A stretch of 64,000 bases of DNA, taken from positions 103,974,001-104,038,000 of the forward strand of contig NC_043002.1 of assembly GCF_006345805.1 (NCBI RefSeq), read 5' to 3'. Below, one piece after another: positions 40,331 through 53,736 of the stretch (positions within the stretch are counted from its first letter, which is position 1; the number at the start of each line of letters is the position of its first letter). Under the pieces are notes generated by a model. The model was not told the origin of the DNA. It did no database searches and saw only the letters and a program-made list of their open reading frames with translations. The position numbers and the translations under genes are program-made. The stretch comes from Octopus sinensis (Eukaryota).

Positions 40331-41062
40331 GAACAAGAAGACAAAAAGGCATAAAGTTTGAGGAAGAGACGTGGAGAAAATAGAAGGATGAGATGGGTTA
40401 AGGTGATGTCAAAGGAGGAAGAGGAGAGTGGTGAGGATGGGTGTGAGGAAATGGAGGTGGAATTGCATTGGGGTAGAAGGAGGAATAGAGGAAAGAGAAA
40501 GGGTTGCAGTGAGAGAGGAAAGAGAGGGAAGTGGTATGAGTAGAGGAAAGGGAGAGGAGTGCACTTTGATGGAAGAGGAAGTGGGAGAGAACAGTATAAA
40601 GTGTTGTTGAAGATGAGTTCTAAGTAAGGAGTGAGGCAGACGTGAGTGTGAGCGGTGGTTGGATCCCGTCGCCATCAATGTTCTTTTAACAAAACCAATA
40701 AAATGAACAAAATATAAGAAAGAAAAAAATACATATATAGCGAGACAGTAATATAAAAATATAAGACAATCGCAGCAAAGAAGCCGAGTCAGATTTAAAA
40801 GACATGACTAAGTGATCTGAGAATATAAGGAATTTAAAAACAAATGAAAGTAAAAATAAAACTTATAAGCGACAAATAGCTAAAACAAAGAAAAATGATA
40901 TAGCGTTTGCGAGGTAGTGAGTTAGCTGTCGACATGACGAAATACTAGACTCCTGTGTAATATTAGCCTCCATTAAAACGACGAGATTGACGGCCTCATG
41001 CACTCATGGCCTCCTTGCTTACTTTACGAAACAACTCACGGCTCTCGGGTATAATAGATAGG

Positions 41063-41095
<33 letters not shown>

Positions 41096-41249
41096 TTGTA
41101 TGTTTGTATGTTTGTATGTATGTATAAATGCATATATACATACTTATGTGTATTTGTGTGCGTGTGCATGAGTGTGTGTGTAGGATATGTAACTTAACAG
41201 TAGTAGAATACATCATTAATGTGTTATACAAGAAGCTGTGTAAGGCGTG

Positions 41250-41290
<41 letters not shown>

Positions 41291-41355
41291 TATATACATA
41301 TACATACGTATGCATGTATATATGTATATATACATAAATATATTTATATATATAC

Positions 41356-41397
<42 letters not shown>

Positions 41398-41402
41398 GTA
41401 TG

Positions 41403-41455
<53 letters not shown>

Positions 41456-41691
41456 ATATATGTATATTTATGTATGTATGAATATGTATATGTGAGTAAT
41501 TATTTGAACTTTGGGTATATGTCTAATAGTATGCCGATTAAAACACTTACACAGTTTAGGCTACCTAATGTCATCCATAGTTATGATATAATTTTTACTG
41601 GGTCTACGTGAGGAAGCACGCGTTGCTTGTTGAGTTTATGATAAAAGACGGAAACGGAAGATGGAGAATCTTCAGTGAGCACAATGATCTT

Positions 41692-41798
41692 TACGTATAC
41701 CGAGGTTCACTTGGAGTGTTGTGGTCGCCGGTAGGACATTGGTTATTGCAAATATCCTACGGCGACCACAACCTGCCAAGTAAAACCCGGTATACGTA
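41692..41798. repeat. 107-nt imperfect fold-back hairpin
   Basis: TACGTATACCG/CGGTATACGTA, ACTTGG/CCAAGT, GTTGTGGTCGCC/GGCGACCACAAC and GTAGGA/TCCTAC nested pairs. Confidence 0.9.
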
Positions 41799-43852
41799 GC
41801 GAAACATCTTATATAAAACGTAACGCATGATGAGATTCATCCTGCAAAGATGGATGCAACACAACTAGCTATGTAATATCACACCCGTAAAGGAGATGTA
41901 GATGATGCGTCATAACAATCGGTGTGTGGAATAAAAAATCTTTGTAACCGCATTTCAGGTTTCCCTCATAATTATAAAAGTATGTATGTATATATACTCA
42001 CACAAACATACACACACACACACACACACATATATGCAACTGTATGTGTATTTAGATAAATTGGATTTTAGACAATTGAGTTCTCAATACATACCTTCCT
42101 GAATGATAGCGTTAATATATATGCAGCAATAATAAATAATAAATTAGAGATTTTCACAAATTGTCTCCGTTTAGAAAAAATCATACTGAATTATTGGAAA
42201 ATTACACCTCCAAATTATTGAACGGAGCAATATTCAGCTATTTAGGACGGATAAATACAAATACTTTTCATTGCTTGTTTCCGCAATTTGATCCGACAGG
42301 GAAAGCGCAAAAATCTGCACATTACCAGAACAAACGTGTCGTAAATGTTTAGAATACAGGCTGCGTTTTCTTCTAATGAATGTTTAGCCTCTGCTGAAAA
42401 GGTTAAAACATCGTTGCGATATATAGACAATAATTATCCATAAAATTTGAACAAGTACTACAAACTCAAACTCACACTGAGATAATTCGCATCTATACAT
42501 CCATCCATTGCAGATCCTATTTCTTACCGATTAAGTGAATTATCAGATATTTTCACAAATTTCGTCGCTATGCTTATAATTACGTACTTTGTTTAATTAA
42601 ATGGAGTCGAAAGAAACGATCGCACTGCATCACCTTTCGACATCCTTGTTGCTTATTTTGATTATAATCACTCCTTTTTTAATTATATGGATAATACCAT
42701 ACTAAATTCTGGTGCCTTTAACTTAAGTACCATATTCAACTGAATCTAAATTTTTACTGAACTTATATATATATATATATACATATAAATATACATGCAT
42801 GTATGTATGTATGTATTTATGTATGTATGTATGTATGTATGTATGTATGTATGCATGTATGTATGTATGTGTGTGTGTTTGTGTGCGCGCGTGTGTGTGT
42901 ACATAGAGACTGAATTGTATGTTACAATATACATTTCTGTGGAGATCTACCGATTGATATAGGTAAATTGACAGATAGATAGTTAGACAGACAGACAGAC
43001 AGACAGATAGATAAGACAAAAGACAAACAAAGAGATGGAAGAACTGCTAAAAAAAAATCCTTACTACTCGCAAAATGCAAATCCTGTTTGGAAAAATATA
43101 CATTCGCAGATTCCATGTTTAACTTTAACTGAACAACTCTCGACATAGAAATCAAAATTATAAAATAATAAAGAAAACCTCATAAACTACACATACATTT
43201 ATTAAACTTAGCAAAAAGCTGCAAGAAATACTTGTTGGTCCTACAAGATACAATTGCCTAATCAGATCACATCTTGCCTTATGTCTTACTAACTAAAAGA
43301 AACGCAAAAGCAAATCCTCTGAACATTATGACAAACTTAAATTTAAAAAAATAATTTAGATATAAGTGTTTGAAATATGATCTGGCCCTTAAAATAAACC
43401 AAGAAATCACAGGATTAAGATACTAAGACCAAATTTAGTATTTTTCCTGTTTTTTTATTTATAAATCCAGTATGTCAAATGTTAGCGTTATAATCTGGTT
43501 ATATATTGAACAAGTAGATTATATTTGAAAATAATACATTCGGAACGAAAACAATTGTATTATTCCGTTTGTTTTATATCTTACCTTACACTTATTCATA
43601 TTCGTTCATATTCGAATGGAATCCTGTACATACATACACACATATTTACATACATACATACGTACATAGATAGGGTGTGTGTGTACGTGTGTGTGTGCAT
43701 AATATTTAAATATATATATACAGATACACACACACGTTTATATATGAGTGTATGTTTTTAGTTTTCGTGTGTGAATATGTATCTACGTTCGAGACATCTG
43801 TGCTGGAAGGTGTGCGCACTTGCCTTACGTGAAACGAACGATACTAATGAAA

Positions 43853-43888
43853 TTAATAATAATAATGATAATAATAATAATAATAATA

Positions 43889-43929
<41 letters not shown>

Positions 43930-44040
43930 TAATAATAATAATAATGATGAGAAGAAGAAGAAGAAGAAGAAGAAGAAGAAGAAGAAGAAGAAGAAGAAGA
44001 AGAAGAAGAAGAAGAAGAAGAAGAAGAAGAAGAAGAATTA
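43853..44040. repeat. (AAT)n then (GAA)n repeat
   Basis: Direct reading. Confidence 0.95.
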
Positions 44041-44079
44041 TCATTATCATTGTTGAGACTATTGTTGTTATTATTTTTA

Positions 44080-44441
44080 TTAGATCCCGTCGTGTTTGTT
44101 TCTTTGCCGTGGGCAAGATATCTCGAGAATCGCTGAATGGATTCAAATAAAACTTTCAAGGATGTTTGGCCTCGTAACTGGCATGAAATGATTAGATTTT
44201 GGGATCGATCCGGTGCCGAACAAGGTTTCTGGATTATTTTTCCTGTTTTTTTTTTTTCTTTTTGCTGTTTTTTTATTTATTCATTTATTTTTTATTTTAT
44301 TTACTTAATTTTTGAGAGCGGTCGGGTTCACTCTCAGAATTCTCGTTTGTGAGGACAGTCGAATTTATTTCAGATATTCTTATTTTTAAAATCATCTCTG
44401 GCTAATCATTGAGAGATTTTCGCTCTCTAAGTATTCTTGTT
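44080..44441 (+). mobile_element. Non-autonomous Helentron-associated (HINE/DINE-1-like) element
   Basis: GTTTGTTT..CAAGATATCTCGAGAATCGCTGAATGGATT..AAACTTT..GATTAGATTTTGGG and terminal GAGAGATTTTCGCTCTCT hairpin before TTCTTGTT, in T-rich context. Confidence 0.55.
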
Positions 44442-44474
44442 GTTGTTATTATTATTATTATTAATATTGTTATT

Positions 44475-44529
<55 letters not shown>

Positions 44530-45999
44530 TATTATTATTATTATCATCATTATTATTATTATTATTATTATTATCATTATGAGTTCAAATTCCGTCGTGA
44601 CCAGCTATACATTTCATTCTTTCAGACTCATAAAATAAGTACTACTCGAGCAGTGGTATTTAATGAAATCGTTTAGTACCTTTTGCACCCGGAAGATCAG
44701 AGTTTATCCATAGCGCGATGAATTATTATAAGTGTCATCACTATCATTATTCATTATTTTAAAAATACGAAATATCTTCATGCTTCCCAAGAATGTTGAA
44801 AACGGATGATGATGGTTTGAAAAGAAGGAAATACAAGCAATGTCCAAAGAAGCCCTCAGAAGTTGGAAACCTCTGACTAATCCGCGCAAATGCCATCTCC
44901 TATGTGTGTCCAGTTGACTACAATCGCATTTAGTTTTAGGGTCCTTTATTCGAGATACATTGATTGACCTCCGTTCGCATTCTTATTGTACATGATATCA
45001 GTTTTAGGTGTTCTCGTCGAATATTCGGTTCAGTTTTGCCCACACCACACTCGTAATCTCGTGGCAATCTGATGCAAAAATATACCCACGTCTTTTCAAT
45101 ACATTTTTCAGTTGTGACCAAGGCGAAAAAACTACTGCATCGACCAGTGCCTCTTTGCACCAATCTGAAAACTTCTGCTCTTTCTGATTATTGACTCTTC
45201 AGTTTACACCGCCAATTCGGTATTTGTATTTCAATAACCATGATGTACAGCACACGCGTGCAATCAAATCTTCTAATAGCAATTCTTAAGCTGTTTTCTT
45301 CAGCTTCCTCAGCATTGACACCAGAACAATGGAAGAAAATAAAAGCTGAATGGTAAAATTATATCTTTGATTGAATCGAAATGATTCCCTTACGAATTCT
45401 TCAAAAGTAGCTATCAATCATATTCCTCTCTAAATTAAAAGGATACATTTAATATGAGATTGAATCTTGCTATATAAAGGAGTTCTGATTAGTCTGTTCT
45501 GTTGAAAGGTTTTGATTGATCCCTATCTACGAAAACCCCAACGTAAATTCATTACATGATCCGCTCTGCCGTTGGCTTCTATTCGCTTCCATGTCTTGCT
45601 TTCGTTACAATACAGACTGGAGCAGAAATCGTTCAGTTTGAATGTCTTGTGATAAGGATGTTGTTGAGGCTGTTGTTGGCACTTCAGCTGCCCCAGTTTT
45701 TGTTGTTATTGCCCTTTCCGATACAACTCATATCAGGGACACATTTTGAATTCCTTCAACAATAAAACCACGGAATCTAAATTCTATTTTGTATGTCGTG
45801 ATGTGAGATTCTTCCTTATCTCGTATAGAGAACCACTGCCTCTCGTTATACAAATAGAATTTGGCAATATTTATGAAGTGGAAACCTTTTCTTAACGAAT
45901 CAAATTAGAAAACGCTAAACGGGCAGATGACCGAGGAATCTTCAGAAATGTCAAATAGCAGCAGCTGCAGCAGAAGCAGCAGCGGGAGTTGGTAGCAGT

Positions 46000-46730
46000 A
46001 ATGGCGAGGGCAACCAAAGATAACTTATTACCACCAGGTAATCCTAATAGATAAGTGCAGTGAAACACCCTTTGTAAGACGCGTGGCATCAAAAATGAAA
46101 CAACCTCACATAATATGAATGAATGTATGAAATTGGCCCAAAAGAAATACAAAACGAGACATAATAACGTAGCTAATTATTGATCACTGGAGAGTGTGTG
46201 AGAAATATGGCCTTGAAATGGAATGTGCAGAAAACTATAAGGCACCACCGAGAATAGTGAATGCAAGATTTTACGGGATTATACAATCTAGTGTGACTCA
46301 GTGATTGATGCGTAGTGATGACACGTCGTTGTAGTGAATAAAATTATGAAGGAAATCAAAATCATATATATTGCCGTTCCTGGGGATGTATGATTTGATG
46401 ATAAAGAAATGGACAATCTAATTTAAATGTACAATCTACTAAAAGTTAAGATTGCCCGACTATGGGCAATGAAGAGAGTAACTGCCATTCCCGTAGTGTT
46501 AGGCGGAATGAGAGCCTCAATAAATATGTTTTAGAAAATTGGAAATGACCTGAGGGAAGCACAAGGCGCAGAAAATTGCTCTATTGGGGACAGCAAGGGT
46601 TTTGAGATTGGGACTTGGGTGGAAAGAGACGCTGTGAGATCTTTGTCGATAGTTGCTATCTGCTCTTACAGAATTGGCCAGAGCAAGTGAAATCGGTGAA
46701 TATACGAAAGGGGAAATGACAATGTTGTAA
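46000..46730 (+). mobile_element. Decayed 3' part of a second R4/Dong-like LINE
   Basis: CKTRGIKNETTSHNMNECMKLAQKKYKTRHNNVA..HWRVCEKYG..IIYIAVPGD..IARLW..IPVVLG..QKIALLGTARVLR. Confidence 0.85.
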
Positions 46731-46759
46731 GAATGGTCCATTGAGGGCATGTAAAAAAA

Positions 46760-47115
46760 CGATGAAGCGCAAAGTCAACCTTGGCAGAGATTGAACTCAA
46801 AATGTGTAGTCGGACGAAATGCCGCCAAGTATGATGCTCGATGTAATAACGTTTCTGCCAGCTAAACCCGTAAATAACAACAATAGCAACAATAATAAAA
46901 AAAGAAACCTTTCTACTCTAAGCACAAGGCCTGAAATTTGCGGGGAGGGATTAAGTCGATTACATCGACCCCAATGCTTCGCTGGTGCTTATTTCATCGA
47001 CTCCGAAAGGATAAAAGAAAATGTCGACCTTGGCGGAATTAGATCTCAGAACGTGAAGATGAATGAAATGTCGCTAAGCATTTTTCCCGGAGTGTTAACG
47101 ATTCAGCTAACTCAC
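46760..47115 (-). mobile_element. Two SINE family A copies (46760-46865 partial; 46905-47115)
   Basis: AAGTCAACCTTGGCAGAGATTGAACTCA and TTAAGTCGATTACATCGACCCC..GTCGACCTTGGCGGAATT match 58301-58778. Confidence 0.75.
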
Positions 47116-47199
47116 CAATAATGTCTCAATGCAAAACCAGGCAGTGATCTTAAGTGAAGGCAAGTGTTCAAATGGACATGTTATGTGTTAGTCCAAAAG

Positions 47200-47600
47200 G
47201 TGGACTGCGCCAAATATTCCGCTCACCCTTTGCTTGTCAGTTGCTTTACCTTAACCAGTTGAACATGTCCCTTGGTGGCTGACAATATGTATATCTCTAA
47301 TAACAAGCAGGAGTAGTTGTGGGATGGGCATTATAGCAATGTGTTGAGAGGAATTATTTTGAATTCGAATATTTCACTCGTGGAAACATAGGCGTTATGT
47401 TCATCATCCTTAAAAAAAGGGAAAAGTTGAGTAGGATTGGCTACTCGACCTGAAGACAATTCTAACTGGGCCCCACTTGCAAGGTCATACGCTGTTTATC
47501 TTGATATGTAATCATGATACCGCGTACATATTGTTATGATGAATATGCCTAATGTACACTTATCGGACGGGGGATCATGACGAGTTTATTGAGCTTTGTA
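47200..47600. mobile_element. Interspersed repeat family D (inverted relative to 24890)
   Basis: Reverse complement matches 24940-25290. Confidence 0.65.
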
Positions 47601-47644
47601 TACAATCGCCACACTGATGGCGGTATTTCCTGTGTTGACATCAA

Positions 47645-47700
47645 ACGAATACAAACATCGCCACGATAGAGTAGAACAGCATTTACATTGGAAAATATGA
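47645..47700 (+). mobile_element. Short R4-like LINE fragment
   Basis: EYKHRHDRVEQHLHWKI = RH motif after the zinc knuckle of RLE LINEs. Confidence 0.6.
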
Positions 47701-47729
47701 AGCCCCTAATGTCTGGAAGAGGTATAGAG

Positions 47730-48290
47730 TCCTCCTTGAAACACGCGCCAAAATGACGAACACGATTTTAGACTTCCTGAACGTCGGCAGAAGGATGATG
47801 GAATATGTCAGAAAGGAGCTGAAAGATTCAGGATTCAACTACGGGGTAACAGCAGAGAGGAAATTCCACGATTGTGGATCTGACGTCATTAGCATGCTGA
47901 AATTCATCACTGAAATCCAGAACATCATCAACAATGATCCTTGCAAGTCGATGAATTCCATTCCACCAGAGAAAGTTGTGGATGGAAAGCCCTTCAGGCT
48001 GGCCTTGCATGAGGATATTCACTACTTTTCTTACGAGGTAAGGGAAAGTTTCTCTCCAAGACGATGCCGGTAAAGCTACTCAAGCACACTATGAAATTGA
48101 TCAAGAAGCTGGAATATCCGCTGGAACCAGAGATGTCGTGGTTCTTCTCCGACGAAAATAATTTCCACCAAGACCCAGAATATCAACTCCCAGACCAACA
48201 GGTGGCTCGCTGTCTCACACGAAGATATGCTTAGTATCATGCAAAACAAAATTTCCAGCGACAAACAGTTTTGTGTGCTTTGAGCAGGGA
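47730..48290 (+). mobile_element. Decayed Tc1/mariner-superfamily transposase (maT/DD37D-like), HTH to first catalytic Asp
   Basis: IQNIINNDPCKSMNSI..LHEDIHYFSY, then after frameshifts WFFSDENNFHQD and NRWLA. Confidence 0.75.
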
Positions 48291-50279
48291 AGGTATTGTC
48301 AATGGTACCCTGATACATGTCTAATACATAAGCATGTATATATGCATACGTATGAATGTATATTCATGTATTTGCAGCATGTAAATTGAGGGACCTGAAG
48401 CTGTTGTTTTTAGCAAGTCAGCCTAAGAATATTACATGTCTGATAAGTGTAGGTGAACTGTTTTTATGTATGAAGCCATTGATGCAGTCACTATATCATT
48501 TGTTATAGATAAGGGGATTATAGCATTTCAGAAGACAGATTTCGTCAAAGCAGTTCAGGCGAGGTCGAAATGTAGGTTTATAAATGTGGTAAACACAAGG
48601 GCAAACGCATACATGCAGCAGCCGTCAAAGAATTTGGACCTGGAGATCTCCATTTCCAGGTACTTCGAGAGTCACCTCCCAGTAGATTCGGGCGTCAACG
48701 AAGAGCCCTCGACTACAACAAGACGACCAAAGTTCTTTTGTTTTCCAAGATCTGGGGTCTCCCTCCCCTAAGCCCTAGACCATCACTTAATCGCCCTTAC
48801 TCGTCTTGTTGCTTAACAAAAGCAACAACAACTACATGCAGTAGTACATTCACATGCACACAGTTGCACAGCGCACACACACACACACACATTGCCTCTT
48901 ATATATGTATGCATGTATGTATCTATCTATCTATTTGTCTGTATGTCTGTCTATCCATCTATCTATTTATCTATCGATCGATCTATCTAAAGCATGATAT
49001 ACGTCTGGCTAAGCCTTCTCATATCTTATCATGCATTTAGCAACATACAAAATAATTGAAAATATGTTCGAAGTTACATTGTTGAGTAAATGTTTTGCTG
49101 CGTCTTTCCTTAGTTTATAGATTTATTATTTTCCTCATTGCTAGAAATAGCAGCCACATCTATGATAATCAAAATCTCCTGGCACCATATAGAAGTACGT
49201 ACCAAAGATGGAATTTTTGCAAGTGGAAACCACTTGATCATAGGCCTGCTCCAGGAGATTTGTCTTGGAGTTGATGAATAGCATCAATAAACACACACCA
49301 TTCCTTTACTGCTTCATGCATGTCATTTGTGATTAGATTCCAGGTAAATTTTTATTGAGCTGAAATATAATTAGACATTCCAGCCATAAAAAAATTACCT
49401 TAATCTTCTATAATTTTTGTGTGTTTTTTTCTCAGGAAGTGGATTAAAATTTCCGGTGTTTTTTTTTTCTTTTTTAAAGATAGCAGGATGTTCTTTTCTG
49501 GAGATTTGGCTGCTAATTTTAGCAGTTAGAGCAATACCGTAAATTCCTTTGTTTAAGAAGATAATGGAATCTTTATACATTTATTGTCCAGTGAACTATG
49601 AATTTTCGAATATGGCGGATGTTTTCCTTGCCACAGAGATCTTTCATTGGTTCAATGAAATTGGTAACAAAACGAATGAATTTCCGATCTGAAAATAGAA
49701 AGTGATTATTGAACGGATGTTCCGATTAGATGGCAAAGAAGTAAGGCAATCCGTTCGAACGCACTTCTATTTTTCTTCAGCGTGAGAACTTTAATCCAGC
49801 TTACAACGACTGATTAACGTTTCAACAATGAAGAGTCAACAGAGTGTTTTTCACTGTTGTTTTTGTTGTAGTTGTGTTTGTGTGTGCGACTCTAATTCCC
49901 TGTGTGCGTCTGCCTACGTGTGTCTGTTCTTGTGAGCGATGAGGGTTCTATGTGTCTGTACGCATGATTCAATGCAAGGTTGTAAAATTGTATTTAGTTT
50001 AAATGGAAATTGAAATATCAATGAGGAATATGAAAAGAAATTCACAAAATATAAAACAGAACGAAATGAAGGAAGTTACAGTTCCACGTTTTCCATTGTA
50101 AACAAAGTGTAATAAATACGCACTTAAGAAGGAATGCATAGCCATTATACATAAATGCATAATATATATTCTTTTATTCTTTTATTCGTTTCAGCCATGT
50201 GACTGCGGTCATGCTGAAGCACTGCCATGATTTTGCACGTTTACGTATGATTTCATCTTCGGCTGATTTCTCCAGGGTG

Positions 50280-50690
50280 GTGTTATTTCCTACCACCATC
50301 GCTGTGGGACACTGCTGTCCACATCTTCACGTTAAGGCAGGCCGTTGATTCATCCGATATTGTGCAGAGGAGAATGTCCCGTTCCTTTTTAAAGATACTC
50401 ACGTTTACAATGCGTGGGTTTCTGAATATTGGGGGCAGGACATTGAACTACTGTGGGCCTTTGTACTATCAGCTATTGCAGCGCATGATCTTGAGATTAG
50501 AGGGAGCGGACGAAGCGTGTGGTACAATACGATGGCATCAAGTTCGAGCATTTGTATAAGGTACTATTCTTGCCAAAATTTTCCACATGTAGTCCTGTAA
50601 ATACCTGTCGAGTCTTCGCTCCAAGGAACAAAGTATTTTTCTCAGCTTCTGCCAGTAGCCCCTCTACACCACTGTGTCAATATTTTAGTG
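50280..50690 (-). mobile_element. CR1-clade LINE 3' ORF2 remnant
   Basis: RLDRYLQDYMWKILARIVP..RCNS**YKGPQ*FNVLPPIFRN..SIFKKERDILLCTISDE resembles the CR1/L2 C-terminal GP.LFN.LP..FK..LD motif. Confidence 0.75.
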
Positions 50691-50721
50691 TAGTGAAGTT
50701 AGACCGAAAATAGTAATAGTG

Positions 50722-50776
<55 letters not shown>

Positions 50777-50823
50777 CAACAACAACAATAATAATAATAA
50801 TAATGATAATAATAATAATAATG

Positions 50824-50872
<49 letters not shown>

Positions 50873-50884
50873 TGATGATGATAA

Positions 50885-51302
50885 TATGGGTTAAAATTAA
50901 TCAATCAATTAATTAATAATTAATAATTTTACTAAGTAATCAGTACGTTAAAAGCCTTTTTTTAATGTGAATTATAAAATATTCTACAATTATATGCATA
51001 ATTATAATCAGTAGTCAGCTAAGTGCATCGCCACGTAGAAAATTAGAAATAAATGTTAATATCATTTCAACTACCATAAGAATGTCCGAGGTGATAACAC
51101 ACTTTGATGTGTAGGTATAAAAGAAAAATGGTGAATCCGCAACCACTTACGTTAACCAGAGACGCGTTTCGAATTTAGAGTAAATTATATTTACCTATTA
51201 TTATTATCCTCCTTAGTGCCTATTTCTAATTCCCTGCGTGGCGTGGCACTTAGCTGACCCATTATGCTGACCCATTATGCATATAATTATATAATATTTT
51301 GT
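50885..51302 (-). mobile_element. Penelope-like terminal structure: inverted repeats around a degenerate hammerhead
   Basis: ~50970-51052 and ~51220-51302 are imperfect inverted repeats; minus strand CUAAGGA-GGAU..AUUC-GAAACGCGUC. Confidence 0.55.
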
Positions 51303-51316
51303 ATATATATATATAT

Positions 51317-51541
51317 GAGCTGGCAGAACCGTGAGCACGCCGGGCGAAATGCGTAGCCATATTTCGTTTGCCGTTATGTTCTGAGTTCAAAATTCCACCG
51401 AGGTCGACTTTGCCTTTCAGCCTTTCGGGGTCGATAAATTAAGTACCAGTTACGCACTGGGGTCGACGTAATCGACTTAATTCGTTTGTCTGTCCTTGCT
51501 TGTCAGCTCTATGTTTAGCCCCCTTGTCGGTAATAAAGAAA
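51317..51541 (+). mobile_element. SINE family A, near full length
   Basis: GAGCTGGCAGAACCG..GAGTTCAAAATTCC..CCTTTCGGGGTCGATAAATTAAGTACCAG..TAATAAAGAAA. Confidence 0.88.
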
Positions 51542-51579
51542 CATATATGTAAATATACATATACATATTTGTATACATA

Positions 51580-51656
<77 letters not shown>

Positions 51657-51999
51657 GTAGTATATATATATATATATATATGTATGTATATATACATATA
51701 TATCCATTTACATACTTGTAGATATATGTATACGCGCACAAATACACACACACGCACATACAGCCACTCTCACTCAATCACACATAAGACATACAAATAT
51801 ATTCTAATAATTTCCCTTCATATTTATAATCTAAAATGACGCCTTCCATTTCTGTGCGTTCGCGTATTTCTAAATATATTGAAAAAGCGTAACAGCTAAC
51901 ACAAAACGTCTTTCAGTGCAGAATGCCACAGATATATGCTCACATTCCCCGACATCATTTCATGCATATGCATTCGTATATATGTACATACATATATAC

Positions 52000-52036
<37 letters not shown>

Positions 52037-52411
52037 CATAAGTATGTATGTATATACATATACAAGGATATATAATTGCTCATGTGCATAAACACACAAT
52101 TACTGTCTTCCTTTTTTTTTACCCATTTATTCCATAACTATTGTAGTCAAGAAACTAAAGTGGAACGCACAGAATGTCTTCACTTACCCAGTTGCTTTGG
52201 AGACATGCTAAGATGGCGTCAGTATGGAATATATCTTGCAGCAGTATTCCTATTCTTTTGCAAGTGAGGCGTGTTATGACGTCTTTATTCCCGTTATTTT
52301 GTTTATTATTGTCATCTGTAATAGTTTCGTATCAAAGGAGAATGAGATTGAACATCAAAAATAAAGAAAAAATGAGAAATGTCTATATTGTTATTTATAT
52401 CGTCAAGTATT

Positions 52412-52414
<3 letters not shown>

Positions 52415-52465
<51 letters not shown>

Positions 52466-52516
52466 TATATATATATAGATATATATATATATGTATATAT
52501 ATATATATGTATATAA

Positions 52517-52602
<86 letters not shown>

Positions 52603-52790
52603 TATATATATATATATACGTATATGTATATATATATATGTATATGTATATAAATACATATATATGTATATGTATTTATATATATATATATATATATGTG
52701 TGTTAAGTATAATATATAATATATATATATATAATATATATATAATATGTATATACGTATACATATATATTATCTATGTTTATATATATA
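52415..52790. repeat. (TA)n microsatellite
   Basis: Direct reading. Confidence 0.95.
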
Positions 52791-52837
52791 TAAGCGCATT
52801 TGTGTGTATAGCACGTACACAAATGTAAACATATATG

Positions 52838-52871
<34 letters not shown>

Positions 52872-53254
52872 TGTATGTATGTATAGATAAACGCATGTGT
52901 CGTTTGAAATTTGTCAATATGTATGTGCCTGAACGAGTGAATCTACGCGTGTGTCATAAGCGAATGTGCGCCATCAACTCTGAGTAAGAAGGTACAGCTC
53001 TGTACCTGATTGACTGCAACAAAAGTGAAGCTAAAGTGGGTTATACGCAGTGCAATGAGCGTTACCCAAACTTTTATTTTTGTATTTGCTTCATTCATTT
53101 TCGTAAAATACAAAAAAAGCTGTGTCTATATGTGTATACGCATGTATGTATATATCTGTGTGTATACGTATTTATATATTACTGATGATATACATACACG
53201 CTCTTATTCACACACAAACATACATAAATTCTCCTTGTTTTTTTTTTCTGTGTA

Positions 53255-53292
53255 TCTTTCTGTCGAAGAGCGTAGGCTCGAAACGTAAAAGA
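53255..53292 (+). ncRNA. Variant minimal hammerhead-like motif (Penelope-type) in a repeat spanning ~53225-53382
   Basis: UCUUU-CUGUCGA-A-GAGC guag GCUC-GAAAC-GUA^-AAAGA; loopless palindromic ACGU stem III. Confidence 0.55.
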
Positions 53293-53378
53293 CTTTTTCT
53301 ATTCCTGAGCGCTATACTAATATATTTGTTTGTTTGTACACCACCTGCCTTCGTCTTTGTTTATTTCGTAAACTTTCC

Positions 53379-53426
<48 letters not shown>

Positions 53427-53636
53427 CTGGGGATTCTATATCTGCTTTGCAAACGATGTCCGTTTATTTATGTCACTGTAAATGTTGTACAGACTAATAT
53501 CGGAGTGGTAATAGATAAAACTTCGTCGATCGATTCCTTTGTCTAAACACTTTGTGGCGGGAACCCAACATTGGCCGAAGTCAAATGACAAACATTAACA
53601 GATATAACAAACGTTTATATACACATATGTGTGTTG

Positions 53637-53736
53637 NNNNNNNNNNNNNNNNNNNNNNNNNNNNNNNNNNNNNNNNNNNNNNNNNNNNNNNNNNNNNNNN
53701 NNNNNNNNNNNNNNNNNNNNNNNNNNNNNNNNNNNN
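53637..53736. other. Assembly gap (100 N)
   Basis: Run of N. Confidence 1.

Noticed and set aside
47753-48073. 106-aa ORF as a host gene
   Set aside because: It continues across frameshifts into a transposase FSDE motif, so it is a transposon fossil.
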